From Escherichia phage FL12, in the sequence record PP400786: a stretch of 64,000 nt of DNA. One strand, 5' to 3'. Below, in pieces: positions 59,406 to 64,000 of this stretch. A program made the position numbers and the translations under genes. The notes beneath the pieces were generated by a model that was not told the DNA's origin, searched no databases, and saw nothing but the letters and a program-made list of their open reading frames with translations. Every line of letters begins with the position of its first letter. The first letter of the stretch is position 1.

Positions 59406-59435
59406 AACTTTATGCAATCTTTGGAAAATAAAAAA

Positions 59436-59458
59436 GGACTCCCGAAGGAGTCCTCAAC
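59436..59458 (-). terminator. Intrinsic terminator after the 30.9 ORF
   Basis: Minus-strand RNA GGACUCC-UUCG-GGAGUCC followed by UUUUUUAUUUU. Confidence 0.8.
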
Positions 59459-59635
59459 TTATGCTTTCTGCTTACCAAAACGAGAAGCATCATCTCGAAG
59501 AACCGCACGTGCTCGGCGCATGATCTTCTCAACAGTTTGATTGATACGAGAGTTCGACCCACGCTTGTAACCAGCGCGTTTAGAATCACCAACTTTCTTT
59601 TCAACTGCTTTCTTTGCTTTAGCTTGTTTTGCCAT
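59459..59635 (-). CDS. Small highly basic protein (30.9 position), 58 aa
   Basis: MAKQAKAKKAVEKKVGDSKRAGYKRGSNSR..., Lys/Arg-rich; an upstream in-frame ATG at 59677 would give the 72-aa form shown in the track. Confidence 0.55.
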   Translation of the reverse strand: MAKQAKAKKAVEKKVGDSKRAGYKRGSNSRINQTVEKIMRRARAVLRDDASRFGKQKA

Positions 59636-59771
59636 TATAAATTCTCTTTTAAATGAAAATGCAGGACTTATTGGCATTGCCTGCGCAAGCCCTCAAGGGG
59701 AACATAGGTTTTTGGATATTTAACGACCAGGATAACCATAAACCCGTCATCATTCACATTCAAGAGGTACA

Positions 59772-59836
59772 CCGTAAAACTGTCGGGGTCTTAAAACTAT
59801 AATGATTCGCAAATCATTAATCAGACAGTTCGACGG
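59772..59836. other. Nested inverted-repeat element in the rIII - 30.9 gap
   Basis: Perfect palindrome TAATGATT-CGCA-AATCATTA (59800-59819) nested inside imperfect 13-bp inverted arms CCGTAAAACTGTC (59772-59784) and GACAGTTCGACGG (59824-59836). Confidence 0.6.
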
Positions 59837-59879
59837 CTCCTCGATTTAGCTCACACTAAGGCAGTGAATCTCCAATAAA

Positions 59880-60128
59880 TTACTTCAATGTTACCACAAA
59901 GTGACGAACTGCTTTTCGTGCAGCAGAAGCCAGAGGCTTAGCATATTTAAGTTCATCTTTTTCCTGAAGCTCAGCAGCTAATGCAGTTTGAGCAGGATTC
60001 AGATGTTTGAAATAACGCAGGATTTCAAGAGCTTCGGCTTCAACATCAATAGATGCGCCATAGTTTTCGTGACCATTATTCCATGCGTTTCGTTGCAGTT
60101 CAAGAGCGTGTTGTAATTGTTTAATCAT
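59880..60128 (-). CDS. rIII: rIII lysis-inhibition accessory protein
   Basis: 82 aa, begins MIKQLQHALELQRNAWNNGHENYG; position next to gene 31. Confidence 0.85.
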   Translation of the reverse strand: MIKQLQHALELQRNAWNNGHENYGASIDVEAEALEILRYFKHLNPAQTALAAELQEKDELKYAKPLASAARKAVRHFVVTLK

Positions 60129-60275
60129 TTAAAAATTCTCGTTAGAGATTAAAACTCGGTAGTCACGTTCTTCTGAATTTCATCTTCTTTCGACAGATCT
60201 CTCAGTTGTAGACTACCACGTAGAATTGTTCGGTTAACTTATTATTCCGACACCCAATTCATATTATTATTTATA

Positions 60276-60611
60276 TCACTTATAAAGACACGGAATAGCT
60301 TTATAGTGACAGGTAACGAATTTTTGTTTAATTTCTTTTGGCTGCTTAAGACCCAGAGCTACAAAAGGGTGTGGAACGTTTCGAATTTGACCAACTGGAA
60401 GAGAAGTCAAATCACCAACTTCACAGAAACCTTCAGGAACATCAGGACCAACAGAGTGAACTACACACAGTTCAGGAACTTCACCTTGAACACGTTTACC
60501 GATAATAAGTCCTGATTCTGTAACTTCTTCATCACCGGCTTGTGCAGGTTCAGAAACTAAAATAACATATTCACCGACAGCACGAATTGGTAGCTGTTGT
60601 ACTTCAGACAT
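60276..60611 (-). CDS. 31: Gene 31 co-chaperonin (GroES-like)
   Basis: 111 aa, begins [22 protein letters not shown]; middle promoter upstream. Confidence 0.9.
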
Positions 60612-60638
60612 CGTTTTTCCTTTTTGTTAACAGATGAA

Positions 60639-60666
60639 TTAATAATAACAAATAATTCTTAAAGCA
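60639..60666 (-). promoter_or_regulatory. Putative MotA-dependent middle promoter upstream of gene 31
   Basis: Same 28-nt sequence as 682-709: TGCTTTAAG, about 12 nt, then TATTAT. Confidence 0.55.
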
Positions 60667-60667
60667 T

Positions 60668-60976
60668 TTATTTACCAATAAATTGGAGCAAATGCTCAAC
60701 TTTCATACCATTAACAGAAATCAATTTGTCAATAGAAAAACCTCGCCATGCACCAAGCTCAACATCAAATACTGGAATCATATCCGTAGATTCTTTCCGA
60801 GTAGATTCAGTCAATTTACCAGTTTGCATGGTTGGCATAAAGTCTGCATCACGAGTACCTTTCATAGTACGAATAGTACCATCAGACTTTTCAAAAACTA
60901 CGTTTGAAACACCCATGGACAGTTTAGTTTTCAAAATTTCACGAATTGCTACTTTCTGCTCAGTTGTCAGTTTCAT
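60668..60976 (-). CDS. Hypothetical protein (31.1 position), 102 aa
   Basis: ATG-initiated ORF. Confidence 0.55.
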   Translation of the reverse strand: MKLTTEQKVAIREILKTKLSMGVSNVVFEKSDGTIRTMKGTRDADFMPTMQTGKLTESTRKESTDMIPVFDVELGAWRGFSIDKLISVNGMKVEHLLQFIGK

Positions 60977-61213
60977 TTATTTACCTATCACAGTTTTAAT
61001 ATGAGTTGTTCCACGTTCTTTAAGGGTGGAAAGCAATTTTTGGCATTTTTCTAAATCAGATTTCCAACTATATGGTCTATCAATACTAGTCCAATCAGTT
61101 TTATAATACTGTTTCCATTTAGAGAAAAAATATTTCTTATACTCTACAGCAAATGAGATGTTCTCATTAGAATAAGAACTAATTGCTGTGAGCTTTACCA
61201 AACGAAATTTCAT
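60977..61213 (-). CDS. Hypothetical protein (31.2 position), 78 aa
   Basis: ATG-initiated ORF abutting 31.1 and cd. Confidence 0.5.
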   Translation of the reverse strand: MKFRLVKLTAISSYSNENISFAVEYKKYFFSKWKQYYKTDWTSIDRPYSWKSDLEKCQKLLSTLKERGTTHIKTVIGK

Positions 61214-61794
61214 TATTCACCGCAGAATTCGTTGATATTTTCCCAGTTTAACTTATTCAAGTTTTTCTTAGGAACATTAAACACTTCAATACCTGCATTT
61301 CGCAGAATATCATCCCAGCCAGGTTTATTTTTATCGTATGTTTCGCAATAAACCAGCTTTTTAATACCAGATTGAGCTATCGCTTTTGCACAATCTGGGC
61401 AAGGAGAAAGTGTTACATACATAGTAGCACCTTCAATTGAAGAACCATTTCGTGCAGCAAACAAAATTGCATTTAGCTCAGCATGAATTTCATTTTTAGA
61501 CGACCATTCAGAGTGAGCGCTGCGGTGTTCTTTCGCTAAGACAAAACGATCAGTTGAACCAAACGATACACATTCGGGCTTATGACCTTGAATGATAGTA
61601 TGTTTAGGTTTATTCAACAACCAACCTTGCTCGGCAGCATAATCACAACAGTTCACACCACCAGCAGGTGAACCATTATATCCGGTAGAAATAATACGTC
61701 CATTCTTTTCAATTACTGCTCCTACCTTCCAGGAGCAACATTTTGATTCTTGTGATACTAAATATGCAATTTGAAGTACTGTACTCGCTTTCAT
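61213..61794 (-). CDS. cd: dCMP deaminase
   Basis: 193 aa; zinc-binding cytidine/dCMP deaminase motifs HAELNA and PCPDCA. Confidence 0.95.
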   Translation of the reverse strand: MKASTVLQIAYLVSQESKCCSWKVGAVIEKNGRIISTGYNGSPAGGVNCCDYAAEQGWLLNKPKHTIIQGHKPECVSFGSTDRFVLAKEHRSAHSEWSSKNEIHAELNAILFAARNGSSIEGATMYVTLSPCPDCAKAIAQSGIKKLVYCETYDKNKPGWDDILRNAGIEVFNVPKKNLNKLNWENINEFCGE

Positions 61795-62129
61795 TTCATA
61801 ATCACCAAATAAGCAGATTTAGCAGTTTCAACACGATAAATTTCGTGACGAAGTTTAGTTATACTTTTAATAACAGAACTAATTATATTCTGCCCATCTT
61901 TAAAGCGGTTTTTCTTATCAATAAAAATTGCGCCAACCATCTTTTTGTGAAGCTCAACTGGATACTTCGTCACAATAATAGCATCATACACAGAAGGATG
62001 AATACTATTCACCAGAGTATCATTCATTAAAGTTATTCTAATGAACTTTGCTGTTTCAGAGTCAAGCGCTCTATGACCACCAGTATCATTTTCAAGACAA
62101 TTATCAATTATATCAGTTAAATTCATCAT
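61791..62129 (-). CDS. Hypothetical protein (cd.1 position), 112 aa
   Basis: ATG-initiated; ATGA overlap with cd. Confidence 0.55.
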   Translation of the reverse strand: MMNLTDIIDNCLENDTGGHRALDSETAKFIRITLMNDTLVNSIHPSVYDAIIVTKYPVELHKKMVGAIFIDKKNRFKDGQNIISSVIKSITKLRHEIYRVETAKSAYLVIMK

Positions 62130-62362
62130 AGTACGCCATACACCCTTTGTGCTTCAACTAATCCATCAAAATCCAGTTTAAGATGCGATATTTGATCGCC
62201 ATCGCCTGGATTCACAATTACTAATACTGAACGAGGAGTTTCGGTAATAACACGAACCGATGTTTCAGGAAATCTTTCAGAAACCTTATTTACCAATTCC
62301 TGCGCAAATAGCTTAACTTTTTCTTGGAATTCTTTAACAGTAATCGGTTTTTCACTTAGCAT
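62126..62362 (-). CDS. Hypothetical protein (cd.2 position), 78 aa
   Basis: ATG-initiated; early promoter upstream. Confidence 0.55.
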   Translation of the reverse strand: MLSEKPITVKEFQEKVKLFAQELVNKVSERFPETSVRVITETPRSVLVIVNPGDGDQISHLKLDFDGLVEAQRVYGVL

Positions 62363-62382
62363 TTTGTTTTCCTCATTTGTTT

Positions 62383-62421
62383 GGTAGAGCTATAATATCA
62401 CAACTCTACCGTAAAGTAAAC
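62383..62421 (-). promoter_or_regulatory. T4-type early promoter with inverted repeat, upstream of the cd.2 ORF
   Basis: Minus strand GTTTAC, ~18-nt spacer ending in TG, then TATTAT; inverted repeat GGTAGAG...CTCTACC brackets the -10. Confidence 0.55.
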
Positions 62422-62423
62422 TA

Positions 62424-62699
62424 TTAAATCGCTTTGAATTCCGCAGTTTGAGATTCAAAGCGAATGTCGCCTTTGATAACTAACTCAGCATCAAGACCGA
62501 ATACAACAATGATATGCGCGGAACCTGGATACAACGTAATTGCAATAGAATCCACTTGGTCTGGAAGCAAAGTGTTCAATACATGAGTCACTTGAGCATG
62601 AATTCGAAGCTCGGCTGCGTTATCAAGCTTTTCAAACATATTATTAGCGATAATTTGACTAAACACTACTTCTACGATTTTAGAATAAGTCGGAAACAT
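62424..62699 (-). CDS. Hypothetical protein (cd.3 position), 91 aa
   Basis: ATG-initiated ORF. Confidence 0.5.
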   Translation of the reverse strand: MFPTYSKIVEVVFSQIIANNMFEKLDNAAELRIHAQVTHVLNTLLPDQVDSIAITLYPGSAHIIVVFGLDAELVIKGDIRFESQTAEFKAI

Positions 62700-62763
62700 A
62701 TTTACCTCACATAATTTTCTTCAAGCCAATCAATAATATCACAAGTTTCATGGTGCAAAGCCA

Positions 62764-63968
<1,205 letters not shown>

Positions 63969-64000
63969 TTATTTTTCTCAACTAATGATTGAATATAATC

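Noticed and set aside
59679-59780. About 33-codon ATG ORF on the minus strand inside the rIII - 30.9 gap
   Set aside because: No Shine-Dalgarno sequence, and it overlaps the inverted-repeat structure; more likely non-coding.

Overview
The window reads as a contiguous segment of a T4-like (T-even, Tequatrovirus-type) lytic coliphage genome, with almost no non-coding DNA. In order it contains: a cluster of seven tRNA genes on the minus strand (1-620); an early accessory island (700-3330) ending in gene 57B, the anti-CBASS nuclease Acb1, with two small ORFs that carry the capsid-targeting N-terminus of T4 internal proteins; genes 57A, 1, 3, 2, 4 (minus strand); the late morphogenesis block on the plus strand, 53-5-(segC)-5.1-5.4-6-7-8-9-10-11-12-wac-13-(HNH)-14-15-16-17-18-19-20-67-68-21-22-23-24; rnlB, 24.2, 24.3, hoc, inh (minus); uvsW, uvsW.1 (plus); uvsY and two small downstream ORFs, 25, 26 (minus); 51-27-28-29-48-54 (plus); and an early minus-strand block of alt paralogue remnants, alt, DNA ligase (30), 30.1-30.9, rIII, 31, 31.1, 31.2, cd, cd.1-cd.3, pseT. 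Gene names rest on protein length, recognisable motifs and synteny with T4 as I remember it; no database search was run. I found no obviously new multi-gene system. The points most worth follow-up are the uncharacterised early operon and internal-protein genes next to acb1, an HNH endonuclease gene inserted between genes 13 and 14, a tandem Ig-domain duplication in hoc, a NADAR-like ORF (30.3) near the Alt ADP-ribosyltransferase, a truncated alt paralogue with an in-frame stop, and a structured ~200-nt non-coding gap between rIII and 30.9. The ORF track accepts TTG/GTG starts, so several starts were moved to the first ATG with a Shine-Dalgarno sequence.
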